This document shows positions 26,444 through 39,185 of a DNA stretch of 64,000 bases, piece by piece. Below the pieces are notes generated by a model. The model did no database searches. It saw only the letters and a program-made list of their open reading frames with translations, and had not been told where the DNA came from. The DNA lies in contig JAQFVV010000010.1 of NCBI GenBank assembly GCA_028023455.1, positions 15,748,001 to 15,812,000 on the forward strand, read 5' to 3'. Source of the stretch: Epiperipatus broadwayi (Eukaryota; Animalia; Onychophora). Position 1 is the first letter of the stretch; every line of letters starts with the position of its first letter. The translations under genes were made by a program, and so were the position numbers.

Positions 26444-27153
26444 AAGTCATTGTTTATTATATTTAATCCTTACATATAACAAAGCTCAAATATAGGATTA
26501 ACACATTTACCATGTATTTTTCAAATTTAAGATGACCAAGTATGCTCTTAGAAGGTAGAATTCCTAATACCTTAATACCACCACTAAAAATTCTAAATAA
26601 AACCATGGTAAAATCTTACTCATGCTTCATTAAACATACTAATACTACAAGAAAGATCAATCTTCAATAATCATAAAGGTGAAGTAAAATTATGTTGGCA
26701 TTGCTCATATAGGAGGCATATACTGTTGAAGGCTACTAACAAATCCTGGACATTGCCATTACTTCAGAAAAATAATGAGTTGCACGTCAAGGACAAAATA
26801 CTAAATAGGAATTGCCTTAGAATAGAAAGAGCCTCAGCTACAATTTCTAAAGTATATGCTATAAGCATACAAACGCTAGCAAAAGAACTAATAATAAGAA
26901 AGCCTAAATGTTTCTCTATCCCTTCTGGAAAATAGGTTAGCAAAATTAATGATGGAGACTAACTACCATCCATAAAATATACTGGCATGTAAACTATAGA
27001 AAATAATTCTACTGACTATAACAAAATACTATAACATCTAAAGCCAGTGAGAAATGTAATAAATAAAATATAATTCATTCCAAATATGGTTCTATTAACA
27101 TTAGGCAATAATAAGTAAACAGTTTATACTTTGTGGCTAATTATGAATCAAAA

Positions 27154-27686
27154 TATATAAAATGCGCTAACACGCACAAGCACACAAAACTAAAAACAAA
27201 TAAAGAAAATATATATTATTTTTTTATTTTAATACCTATTCCATTAAATGGCTCAGCACTTTCAAGGGTCAAAGCCCTCATAATCATAGCCATATTACAA
27301 ACTATAATAAATTGACTCGGAGTGTGCACCGCGCTTCAGCTTGGCACGATTGCCAACTGGGAAATCCAGTGGTGGTGTGCAGAGAGCGGCACTAGCTTAA
27401 AAGAAAGATAAAAGAAGCTTTCTTTATATCTAGAGATGGCGATGCCATCAATAGAAAAGACTCTCGCTACAAAATATCCAAGAAATGGAATGTGTAATCA
27501 TTTCATTTGCATCACTCTGAGTCAATTTATTATAGTTTGTAATATGGCTAAGATTATGAGGACTTTGACTCTTGAAAGCACTTAGCCATTTAATGGAATA
27601 GATATTAAAATAAAAAAATAATAATATATATTTTCTTTATTTGTTTTTATCTTTGTGTGCTTGTGCATGCTAGCGCATTTTATATA
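27154..27686. mobile_element. Foldback/MITE-like element with ~175-bp inverted arms around a GC-richer core
   Basis: 27154-27330 is the reverse complement of 27513-27686. Confidence 0.7.
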
Positions 27687-27697
27687 ATAATAATAAA

Positions 27698-28235
27698 ATC
27701 TATTATTATAAAGTGCTGAAAATTTGAAAATTATTAGATCAGAAGTCAAATTCCAATAATGCGGTATTACTTTAAATATTATAAATCTCCACACACTCAC
27801 ACATCAGTAAGAGTTTAGTTTTGGGTGCATTTCTATAAATATACCAACTTTTATTGACCGTGGTAAATCAGGCCATGTGCCTGATGTTATAATTAAATTT
27901 TGAATTGTACAAATCTATTTAACCTATTGCAGGAGACAATGTCTCATTTTTAATTACCCACAATCAGACCAATATGATTTATAAATGTAAATCTATTATT
28001 ATGAAGTGCTAAAAATTTTTAAATTATTAGATTTGATGTTGAACTCTAATAATGTGCTATGACTTTAAATATAAATTTCCACACACTAACATGTCGGTAA
28101 GAATTCAAAAACTTTTAAGAGAATGACTTAAGTTTAGATTGCATTTTTATAAATACAGCAACTTTCGCTGACTATGCTAAGCCATGCCTGATGTTATAAT
28201 CAAATTTTGAATTGCGCAAATCTATTTAACACTTT
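27698..28235. repeat. Imperfect ~290-bp direct repeat, 2 copies
   Basis: AATCTATTATTAT(A/G)AAGTGCT at ~27698 and ~27990, with shared downstream blocks. Confidence 0.75.
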
Positions 28236-29386
28236 CTTTCTCCTCACTATTGTTTAAGAGTAAGGCTGAGCTTGAACTTGGAATATGCAAGCTGTAAAGA
28301 AATGTCGATAGCTTTTTCTATAAGAATGCTTATAAAGTATTTTTTCTGAAAGTGCACATTTTTGGAAACATTGCCATTGTTCAAATCATTCACTGTTCTA
28401 TATAACTAGGGATCCTATTTATATTTACTCTTAAATTGGGTTTTAAATTTCTTGAGTTAAACATGATTCATTGTGTACCATTGCTACATTTGACTCATTA
28501 GTCAAAGTATCAATATTGGACACAACATTTTATTACATATCCACTTTTTACCTTTTTATTTTTAATTTTTTTCCTTCATAATATAATTCAAATACTAATA
28601 TATATATATTTCACCTACGTCAAATATTGGTGTATTATCCATATTACCATAATGTCAGCACTCCTCTTAATATTGAATAACTGTGATCCTAAACTAGGGT
28701 TTGGTGCCAGATTTTGTTAGAAAAAAGTTTTAAAACATTTTTTCAGTAACAGAAGAAAACATTACACTCATATTTTTTCAATCTAGATCTACACACTGTT
28801 TGAATTCAGAATTTTGTACTACTAATTTGCCATTGAGTAAGTAGTGTTATATTAGCTACATTAAAATATATATAAATCTTGAATAATACAGATAAATACA
28901 TTTATCTCATGTCATGCATTGTGACACCTAATAACTAAGGCAGACAATAGTGGTTGCAAATTACGACCTGCTTATCTCAGATAGATAGTTTTAACCATGT
29001 ACCAAACATTAGGGGCCATTTTCTGCCATAAGGAGGATTCTCCAAGTGTTGAAAAAATTGAAAGTAGTATAATACGAATTCATAACACAACATCTGTATA
29101 TGAAGTTAATGATAATGATCACACCCGAATTTAAATCTTTTATAAGCACTTAAACATAGTCTATAATCAGTCATAAAATCACAATATACAGGTAGGTTTT
29201 ATTTCAAGATACCTGAGATTAAGTTGTCTGGGTGTCGTGTTTTATAGTAGGCTTAACCATGAACAAAACCAATGGATAATTCCTTTTTCTGTAATTACTT
29301 TCAACATTCAAAGCAGTTGTTCAGTCCAGAGAATGGACATTTACATAGTTCAAATTATGGGATGAGAAATCAAGAACAAGAATAAA

Positions 29387-29737
29387 ACATTAAGCATCAC
29401 ATGATCACCATCTGAGTTCAGATCCATATGACTATATAAGCTATTGAGCTTAGATGGAAAATATTCTTTGTGTTTTCAATTTCATTCTCATAGTTTTCTA
29501 GTGAAGTAGAGATAAAAGGTGGTTGCTGGAGGATTGCATTAGATCCTAAGATCTAGGTACAGTGCTCTCAGATCCAAAGCTTCTCACTGACGAAGGCCAC
29601 AAGCCACAAACTAGTCTGAGGATATTGGATGAGTAGGCATTAGATAGGGATTTTATGCACAAGCATTCTGGCATCCATTTATTACTCTGGTTGTCACAGG
29701 GTGGCGCTACTGTATGGAGAGTTTTGCATTGTTTATA
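29387..29737 (+). mobile_element. Family A two-armed hammerhead element
   Basis: Exact 12-bp TSD AACAAGAATAAA at 29375-29386 and 29738-29749. Short minus arm 29387-29412. Hammerhead at 29571-29632 with G12 changed to C. Confidence 0.9.
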
Positions 29738-29957
29738 AACAAGAATAAAGTGTGAGTAGTGAAGATAATTTGTGAAATGAGATAAATTGCAGAATTAATG
29801 AGCAATTATTGAATATTTTATTATTTTTACAGTAACATTCACAATTAAAAATAAAAAAATATAGATATCAAATAAATACAATTTCATGGATTCATGGCAT
29901 ATTTTCATATAACACATAAAATAAATAAATAAGTGATGTTATAAAATGTGTAATATC

Positions 29958-31370
29958 ATTATCATCATCAACCATTATCAATCCACTGCAGGATGGTCTC
30001 TCCAAGTTCAATCCACCTTTTACCGATCTTTAGTTTCTCTTCACAATATCACCCTTTCTTATTTCATCCATCCATCTCACATGTAGTCTCTTTCTGGGTC
30101 TTTTACAATCTCTTGAAATCCAGTTTAAGATTTCAATAGTCCATCTATTATCATCTCTTCTAGCAATATGTCCATGCCAACTCCAATTCAGTCTTTTAAT
30201 TTTATCAATGAGGTCAATAACACCTGTTTGTTCTCTTACCCATTTGCATTTTTGATCTCTTCTTGTTAGTCCCAACATGCATCTCTTCATACTTCTTTGA
30301 GTGGTCTGAAATCTCTGTATTGCTCTTCTATTAAGTGTCCAAGTCTCAGATCCATAAGTAAGAACTAGTAAAACACATTTATTAAAAACCTTCCTTTTCA
30401 CACACATAGACAAATTTCTTTTTAGTATCAAGTTATTTCTACCAAAAGCACTCCAACCAAGTCTAATTCTATGATTAATTTCATCGACTATGTTTACATC
30501 TGTATTAATAATCTGATCAAGATATTTGTAGCTGTTAACTTCTTCTAACTCATCATAATCAATCTTTATTTTCATATTTTCGAAAATCCATTAAAGATTA
30601 CTTTAGTCTTTTTAACATTTATCTTTAGTCTTACTTTCATCTGATAACTCCTGAAACATTTCCTGTAGCTCTAAAGCATTATTTGCAAAAACAACTACAT
30701 CATCTGCAAAATCTAAATGACTTAAATAATTCCATTTACTTTCACTCCTTTAGCTTCCCATTTTAATCCACAAAATACTTCTTGCAGCACTGCTGTAAAA
30801 TGTTTTGGAGATATGGAGTCACCCTGTCTTACACTCTTCTCAATGTTGATTTTCCTAGTATCATTATGTAATCTAATTGTTTCTGTTACATTTTTATAAA
30901 TATTCTTTAAAATATGACAATATCCTGGATCTATACCTTGATGATCCAATGCTATAATCATTGAAGAAATGTTTATAGAATCAACTGACTTTTTGTAATC
31001 TACAAATCCAAAGGATAATGGCAACTCATATTCATTTGTCCTTTCTATAATTTCTCTTAATATCTGGATATGATCTACTGTGCTAAAACCACTTTTAAAT
31101 CCAGCTTGTTCTCTTGGTTGGTGGAAATCCAATATTCTCTGTAGATGAGTCGTAATTATCCTGGCAAAAATTTTGTATAAAAGTGATAAAAGGTTGATAG
31201 TCTATAATTTCTAATATCTTCTTTATCATATTTTTTAAATATTAATATTAATACTGCTTCTTTCAATCATCTGATACATCTTTATCATTTACACATTTGC
31301 CATATATCTTTGCTAAAAAAATTATATTTCTTCACCTGCTTCTTTTAATATATCAATTGGTAATATTTAC
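29958..31370 (-). mobile_element. RTE LINE, 5'-truncated and decayed
   Basis: EQAGFKSGFSTVDHI, VRQGDSISPK and TYGSETWTL motifs, (GAT)n tail. Confidence 0.9.
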
Positions 31371-31500
31371 TGATGTTTAAAAGAAATAAAGTAGAAACTC
31401 ACAGTTCACATAACCTAACAATCAAATTAAGAATATTTTAAATACAGTAATAATCAATAAAGCAAGTCATATATTGCATGACATTGCTTTTATATGCTTG

Positions 31501-31671
31501 TATGTAATACAGGGAGCATACCAATAGCTCAAACAAGCTCTTATTGATAAGTGAGGCGAACCCAAAACTCCATATATATAGAAACATTCTGTATAGAGAT
31601 TTTAAATATCTCTTATCACTCTTATCAATAAGAGCTTGTTTGAGCTATTAGTATGCTCCTTATATTACATA
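31501..31671. repeat. Short foldback with ~50-bp arms, related in sequence to the family C array
   Basis: GGAGCATACCAATAGCTCAAACAAGCTCTTATTGATAAG and its reverse complement. Shares AGAGATTTTAAAT...GAGCTATT with the 23.5 and 23.9 kb units. Confidence 0.65.
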
Positions 31672-32080
31672 TTTAAATACAGTAGTATCACTTAATTAAT
31701 ACCAATAACTTTTCTAGCATATAGTATTTAATCATATAAATATATTATGAATAGTATGATTTGTTCTAAATCTCAATTTTTTTTTACTAACAACATAATA
31801 AATAGATTGCAACAATGTCTTCTATTTTGAAACTTTTATCGAACACCATCATATTTTCTTTAGTAATTCAATGTTTTCTTTTGCTGATTGAATGCACGGA
31901 ACATTTTAATAAGACAAATTAAAATGGATTCTAACACAAAAATATTTTTGAAATCAATATTTTTATAAATTGCAAGATTTTTAATTACATTTGACATAGG
32001 TTGCCATATAATAAAAGGTTCCTTGGATTAAAAACAGTTAGTGTACTAAGGGTGCATTAAAATGTTACATTTAGAAAAAA

Positions 32081-32172
32081 ATATATATGTGTGTGTGTCA
32101 TTATATTTCTCAGTGATGTATCAGCAATATATATGTGTGTGTGTCATTATATTTCTCAGTGATGTATCAGCA
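32081..32172. repeat. 46-bp tandem duplication
   Basis: ATATATGTGTGTGTGTCATTATATTTCTCAGTGATGTATCAGCA occurs twice. Confidence 0.85.
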
Positions 32173-33191
32173 TATAATTAAATAATATATTTAACAAAGT
32201 TTAAACAGGCACAAATTATTTAAGACATATTTTAAAGATGCAAGGAAATGAGGGTTTTTGCAAATGTAAATTTTTATTCTGTTTAGAAACTACCGATGAT
32301 AACAAAATGGATCTAACTTATAAGATGTTGATATTAGTTGCATATTCCAATATTCAAAATTATTGTTTTCCATTTAAATTTTTTGAAATCAAACCCTTTT
32401 TCATCTTCACAATTTATCTCAGCTATGCAAATTAAAGCGCAGTTTTTATTATATTATCATTTGGCAATTGATATTACAAATTCTATCATCTTGGTATGGT
32501 GATATTACATTTTAACCAACATATTAATATTATAACTATATTTTCCTAATTAAAAATGAACTTTTATTTTTTGTATAAAGTGATTTACAAATGTTTTCTG
32601 AATCAAGACAAACTAAACATCTATTAAGTTGCAAATTGGTGAAACCAAGAAATAATTTCTTTCACCAGTACTTATTTCCCCTATTCAGAAAATACAAAAT
32701 TAAACTCCCATAATTCAGAAAGACTTCTCAAATAAAATCATATCCATTCAAAGCTCTTTTCATTTTCTTTGTGCTTTGTACATAATTACGATAACAAAAT
32801 AGTGTATTGATATTATAATACAGGAAATTAAGAAAGTGATTGCTAATATGAGTATAACGTTAGTGATATTAGACGTAATTCTAAAGATCCGTACATCTCT
32901 TAAATAACATAAAATAGATTTTCAATGATAATGAGAATGATTACTATCATCTCAGTACAATGCAAAAACTTTTCTTATGCTTATTACATAAAAAAATGAA
33001 TGCATATAGTTAGAGAATAATGGTCAAGATTAATACAAATAAAAAATATATGAGTTCTCCAAACTATTTCTATTTTTGTTAGTTTGCACAAACCATGACT
33101 GTAAAATGCTTATTAAATTTCTATCCTCAATATGTTAATTTTCATTCTGACTTGATTTTGCTTTTACAGTTTAGATGTAAGATTTAATTAA

Positions 33192-33384
33192 CCACTAAAC
33201 ATCACACGATCACCATCTCCTATGCTAGCACATAACTGTTATTGAATAGGCAAAACTCTCCATACAGTAGTGTCCCTCTGTGCTAACCAGAGATGGAGAT
33301 TTTATGCACACGCCTTCTGGCATCCATTGATTACTCTGGTTAGCACAAACTGGCACTACTGTATGGAGAGTTTTGCCTGTTTAA
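33192..33384. mobile_element. Family A two-armed mini-insertion lacking the hammerhead core
   Basis: Exact 14-bp TSD TAAGATTTAATTAA at 33178-33191 and 33385-33398. Minus arm 33192-33292, plus arm 33293-33384. Confidence 0.9.
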
Positions 33385-34599
33385 TAAGATTTAATTAAAG
33401 TGAAATAAATCTTGGAAATGAAGTCAATATAAATTGATGTAAATTAAACAGCTTCAACAGTTCAATTAATCACAAACGATCTCAGTAGTCATCACTTTTG
33501 AACATTCAATCCTTCCTTAAAGATAGGCATTTTTTAATTAAATATTATCAAAAATAATAAATCATCAATCTAACAACTTTAAAGTATTTAAGAAAAACAC
33601 CTCCTTTCTAGTGACATTTAATGAAATCTTGAATTATGGGAGATTACTAAATATAAATAAATATATATATATATGTATTCTTAAAAGCTTCAACTTCAGA
33701 AGAGTTTCCATTGCCTTGTCAAGCTGCAAACAGACAATTCAAATTAATCTACAATATTTAACAAAAGACAAGCAGTTGAAAAAAAATATCACATTGCTTC
33801 AATATCTATATATTTTTACATTGTTAGTGTCGCATTAAATCTATGAATTGTAATCCATTAACTAAAAATGATTATAATAAACTACAAGTGAAAAAGTATG
33901 GGATAATAAAATATTTGTCTTTATTCAATGAGATCCAGATTATAGATGCTTTATTCAACTAGCAAGAAATATTAAAAATAATAACAAATGATCACACTAT
34001 CATAAGAATTATTAAGTCAATTGCTATGTCACTCTATGTAAATTTTCAACAATTATTACTTACCAAATGTATTAAAAATATCTTAAATATTTAAATACCC
34101 TTCCTAAAACTTGTGCTGGCTTTTGTCAGTAACAATGTGACATGGTAATCAATGTTGAAGAAATGTGTACTTGCTTCCACAAATCAGTTTTATTTTAAAT
34201 TCAAATTAAAACATGTAATGTAATTCAGTCAATTCTTTTGAAGTATATTTAGCCTGTATAAATATTAAATACAAATATTAATCTAGTTCAGCAATTACAT
34301 GCTTTAGTATCTTTATTTTGATAATGATCAGCAAACCATGCTACTGATTTGAATAACAAGTTTTATAAATTGGCAATAAAATGGAGTTAAGGATGTTTAC
34401 TGGATATGCATGAGTATATTTTCTGTTATATTTTTTGTTTGATTGATAAATGCAAAAATCCAGAAACAAACTGAATAAATATTTTGATAACAAGGATAGG
34501 AATTTTGCATGCATCTACCCATCACTGATTATAAAAACTTGTACCAGATGGCACCACGATAATAAGCTGCCAATGTCCTAAGTTAAGAAGAAGAACCTA

Positions 34600-37500
34600 T
34601 TTTGGAAGAGGTGGTATGGTAAGGTATAAATAGAAAAGAAAAAGAAAAAAGGGGTGTTGGTATAGGTGTTATATCGAAAAAATGCTTAAATGTTGTTAAA
34701 TGTCAAGAGCATTTGTGGTTTGAAATAAGGTTAGGTAGACAAGAATGGATGGTGGCTGTAGTGTATATAGCCAGTGGAGGTAGTCAAACTATAAAGGAGT
34801 GGAACAGTAGTATATATGAATGTCTAGTTAAGGATATACAGAGTTTTAAAGAAAAGGGGAAGAGAATAATGGTTATAGGGGATATGAATGGACATATTGA
34901 AGAAATTGATGATGTAGATAATAAGAATGGTCAGTTTTTGAAGGAATTTTGTCAAAGAGTAAATTTGAGCATTGGGAATTTATCACATATTTATGAGGGA
35001 CAATTCACATGGTCTAGGAATAATATATTTCACACAATAGATTATTATACAGAAAAAGAATCAGAATTAAAACCAATTCTTTTTTTATGTTGCACTTCAA
35101 GTATACAATAGTCAAATATGTTTAAAAATACATATATACAAGCAACAAAGATTACAAATTATAAAATTATTATATAAAAGCCTTTTTCGGCAAATTATGT
35201 TTTTTGCCCTTTTCAATATGTCTCCATGATTTAAAGCACATACAGCGACATCTATATCAATACATGAGAGAAGATAGATAAACAAATGGATATTTGGCAT
35301 GATCTATTATGTGACTTTTTTCCCCCTCAATTCTACTACAAAATTACTCTGTTATATATATTGAATGGATATATATCCACATATATTAATTAATTAACTA
35401 TCCATTCTTTATCCATTAACCACTTATTATTTAACTTAATGGATGTTTTGTATATATTCATACAGTTGTTTTTATTATATATGATGTAGTTTGTTTCATA
35501 TATTTTATGTCTATTAACATTTTTAATATAATCAAGAACACTTATATTATCAATACAATTTATTTTATGTCCATACTGCAAATAATGAACATATAACGCA
35601 GATCTATCATCTTTCCTAGCAATAGCATCATTGTGTTCTTTAGCTCTTCCTCCCAATTGCTTTGACGTCTGACCATAGTATCATATTACAAAAATTACAT
35701 CTAATTTTATAAAATAAAATATAAGAGAGGAATGGTTTATAAAATTAGATGTAATTTTTGTAATATGATTTATTATGGCCAGACGTCAAAGCAATTGGGA
35801 GAAAAAGCTAAAGAACACAATGATGCTATTGCTAGGAAAGATAATAGATCTGCGTTATATGTTCATTATTTGCAGTATGGACATAAAATAAATTGTATTG
35901 ATAATATAAGTGTTCTTGATTATATTAAAAATGTTAATAGACGTAAAATATATGAAACAAACTACATCATGTATAATAAAAACAACTGTTTGAATATATA
36001 CAAAACATCCATTAAGTTAAATAAGTGGTTAATGGATAAAGAATGGATAGTTAATTAATTAATATATGTGGATATATATCCATTCAATATATATAACAGA
36101 GTAATTTTGTAGTAGAATTGAGGGGGAAAAAAGTCACATAATAGATCATGTCAAATATCCATTTGTTTATCTATCTTCTCTCATGTATTGATATAGATGT
36201 CACTGTATATGCTTTAAATCATGGAGACATATTGAAAAGGGCAAAAAAACATAATTTGCTGAAAAAGGCTTTTATATAATAATTTTATAATTTGTAATCT
36301 TTGTTGCTTGTATATATGTATTTTTAAACATATTTGACTATTGTATACAATAGATTATGTATTGGTAGAGAAAGAGGGAATGAATAAAATACGGAAAATT
36401 AAGGTGTTTGATAATGAAGAGAGAGTGTGTAATAGTGATCATAACTTTATTGTAATAGAAATGGTTAGTAATGTGATAGAGGATAGAAATAAAGGTAGAA
36501 ACAGTAGGGAAAGATGTGGATGGAGAGTGAATGATAAGAATAAGTTGGAAGAGTATAAAATAAAAGTTGAAGAAGCCATGGAACAGTTGGTTGGGGATGA
36601 GTATAAGGACTGGTGTGGTGAAATAGAAAAGGTGGCAAATAGAGTTTTAGTTGAGAATATGCAGAAGAATAAAAGTAGTAAAAAAATGAGAGTTAGTAAA
36701 AGTGTAAAAGAGAGGAAAGAAGCATACAGAGAATATAAAGGTGCTATTAAGAATAAAGAAAGTGAAAATGATATTAATGTTAAATGGGGGAAGTATTTAG
36801 AAAAGAAAAAGTTGGCTAAAATGGATAATTATAGAGAGAGGATGAAGTTGAATAGTAAATTGTTGGCGGATATTAATAAAAGTGGAAGAGATGGGAGTAA
36901 AAAATTTTGGAATTATATTAAAAGGAGAAATGTAGGGGAGAGAGGGGTAGTATTAATTGATGATGAAGGAATAGAGTGTAGCTCTAGAGAAGAGTTAGAG
37001 GATCTTAAATAGATATGTAATGGATATAGAAAAGATATTAGATGTGAAGGACTTAGTGATAGAAAACATGAAAGCATTTAGTAATGGAAATATTAGGCTC
37101 ACAAAAAATGAACTGAATGAGGCAAGGTAGAGATTGAAAAGTGGAAAGGCGAGAGGTTTAGATGGATGGGCAACAGAGATGGTAATCAATTTAGAGCATA
37201 GAGCAAAAGCAAAGTTATTATCATGTTTAATAAGATGGCACAGAAGAGAGTTTTTCCGGGTAGTTGGAGTAATACAAGAATAAGATTATTATTTAAAGGA
37301 AAGGGTAAGGATCATAGAACGTTAAATAATTATAGACCGATAGCGGTAACATCATTTTATATAAAGTTTTTGCATATATGGTGGCTGGAAGAGTTGTAAA
37401 ATGGATGGAAGAGAATAATGTAGTGGGGGAAATGTGAGGAGGTTTTAGGTCAGATAGGTGTATAGGAGATAGTTTGTTTGTAGTTACACAACTTATGGAG

Positions 37501-39185
37501 ATGAGTAGGAATACAGGTAAATCGTTATATATGAGTTTTATAGATATAGAGAAGGCATATGATAGAGTAAATAGAAATAGATTATGGGTAAGGTTAGCAA
37601 ATTTGGGAATGGATGAAGTTTTAGTAAATATTATTAAGAAATTATATAAAAATAATTATTATACTTATCAATTAGGGGATATAGAATCAATTAAAGTTAA
37701 AAATGCGGTGGGATTAAGGCAAGGATGCCCTATGTCACCTATTTTGTTTTTGTTGTATTTGAGTGAAATGGAGAAAGCAATAGAAAGAGGGATAGAGATA
37801 CCGTTAATAGGTGGCAAGGGAGTATATACTTTGTCGGGTCTTTTTTTTGCAGATGATATCTTTTTGTGTGCAGAAAGAAGAGAAGATATGGAAATTATGC
37901 TGAGGACATGTGCAAGGGTGGGTAAAGAGATGGGGATTAAATTTAGTGAAGAAAAATCAAATATAATGATGGTTAATACTGGGGAAAGTGAAGATGTGGA
38001 ATTTTTATTGGGGGATATAAAGTTAAGTATGGTGGATAGATATAGGTATTTGGGAATCATCTTATGTAATCAGGAAAATTGCTTGGCGGAATGGGAGAAA
38101 AAATTGGTAAATGAAGCAAAGAAAAGAAAGGGTTTGGTAAAGAAACTAACAGTATTTTCATATAATAAATATGATGTAGCTAGAATTGTATGGAAGGGAG
38201 TTGCAGTAGCACGGTTAACATATGGTAATGATGCATTATGTGTTAGTAAAAGAGTTTTAGATTATTTAGAGAAAGTACAAAGGGAAGTAGGAAGACATGC
38301 ATTAGATGCAGAGATGTGGACAGCAAAGGAGGCAATTCAAGGAGAAATGGGATGGTCAAGTTTTTATTATGAGAGATGCAAAAAGTAAAATGAAAATGTT
38401 TGGTAGGTTGCAGTTTATGGATAGTAAAAGAATAGCGAAAATAGTGTTTAAATGGGTTATGAGTAAAGGGCAGGCAACAAGATGGGTGAGAAAGGTAATG
38501 CGGTATGCAAAAGATTTGGATAAAGAATTTATATCAGTATACTTGTATAAAAGGTGGGACGATTGTGTTGGGAGGATTGTCGAGTGTTATAATGGTAAGA
38601 AATGGGATAAAAGAATAGATGCATTAATAAAGAATGGGGAGTTGGAGAGATGGAGAACTAGTATGGAGAGTAAGAAGAGTTTAAATATATATAGAAGTAA
38701 ATGGAACATTGGGTACGAGTTAATTTATGATAATAGTAAAGAAAACAGTTTATTATTTAAGGCTCGAACGAGATCTTTAGCAACAAAAGAATATACATGT
38801 AAATGGAAAATTATGGGTGATTTAGTGTGCAAATTGTGTAAGGAAGGTATAGAAAATATTAGGCATCTGTTGATTGAATGTAAATGCTTGAAAGCAGAAA
38901 GGGTACAAATAATGAAGTTATGGGAGAATAAATATGAACAAAGGGATTATACAGAAAATGAGTTATTGGTTTTTATGCTGGGTTTGCAAAATAAGGGGGA
39001 TTTAGATATAAAGGCTATAGAGTTGACAAAGATTATGTTGTGGAAATGGGATGGAGCAGAATATGGGAAAAACTTAAAGTGGGGAATGGAAATTAAAGTG
39101 GCTAACAGGTTTATTTGGCATAGTTGCTGAGATATTCTTGACTTCGTTTAAGGAGAAGCCACAGTACATCACATCACCTCACATG
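34600..39185 (+). mobile_element. Non-LTR retrotransposon (APE-RT with C-terminal Cys/His motif), clade unassigned, frameshifted
   Basis: APE: VIGDMNGH, TIDY, SDHN. RT: FIDIEKAYD, GLRQGCPMSP, FFADD, YRYLG. C terminus: CKLC..ENIRHLLIEC. (CACAT)n-like tail at ~39167-39183. Confidence 0.9.
35046..36346. mobile_element. Two-armed Penelope-like insertion (GIY-YIG 3' end plus pLTR in both arms)
   Basis: Exact 12-bp TSD ACAATAGATTAT at 35034-35045 and 36347-36358. ~610-bp inverted arms 35101-35713 / 35736-36348. VYKIRCNFCNMIYYGQT. Decayed hammerhead TTGAAAA-G-GGCAAA..TTTGC(C/T)-GAAA. Confidence 0.9.

Noticed and set aside
5600-33000. Hydrophobic minus-strand frame remnants at ~5.6-5.95, 25.85-26.2 and 32.25-33.0 kb suggestive of chemoreceptor pseudogenes
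   Set aside because: Frames are short and full of stops, and AT-rich DNA yields hydrophobic translations by chance. A profile HMM search would be needed.
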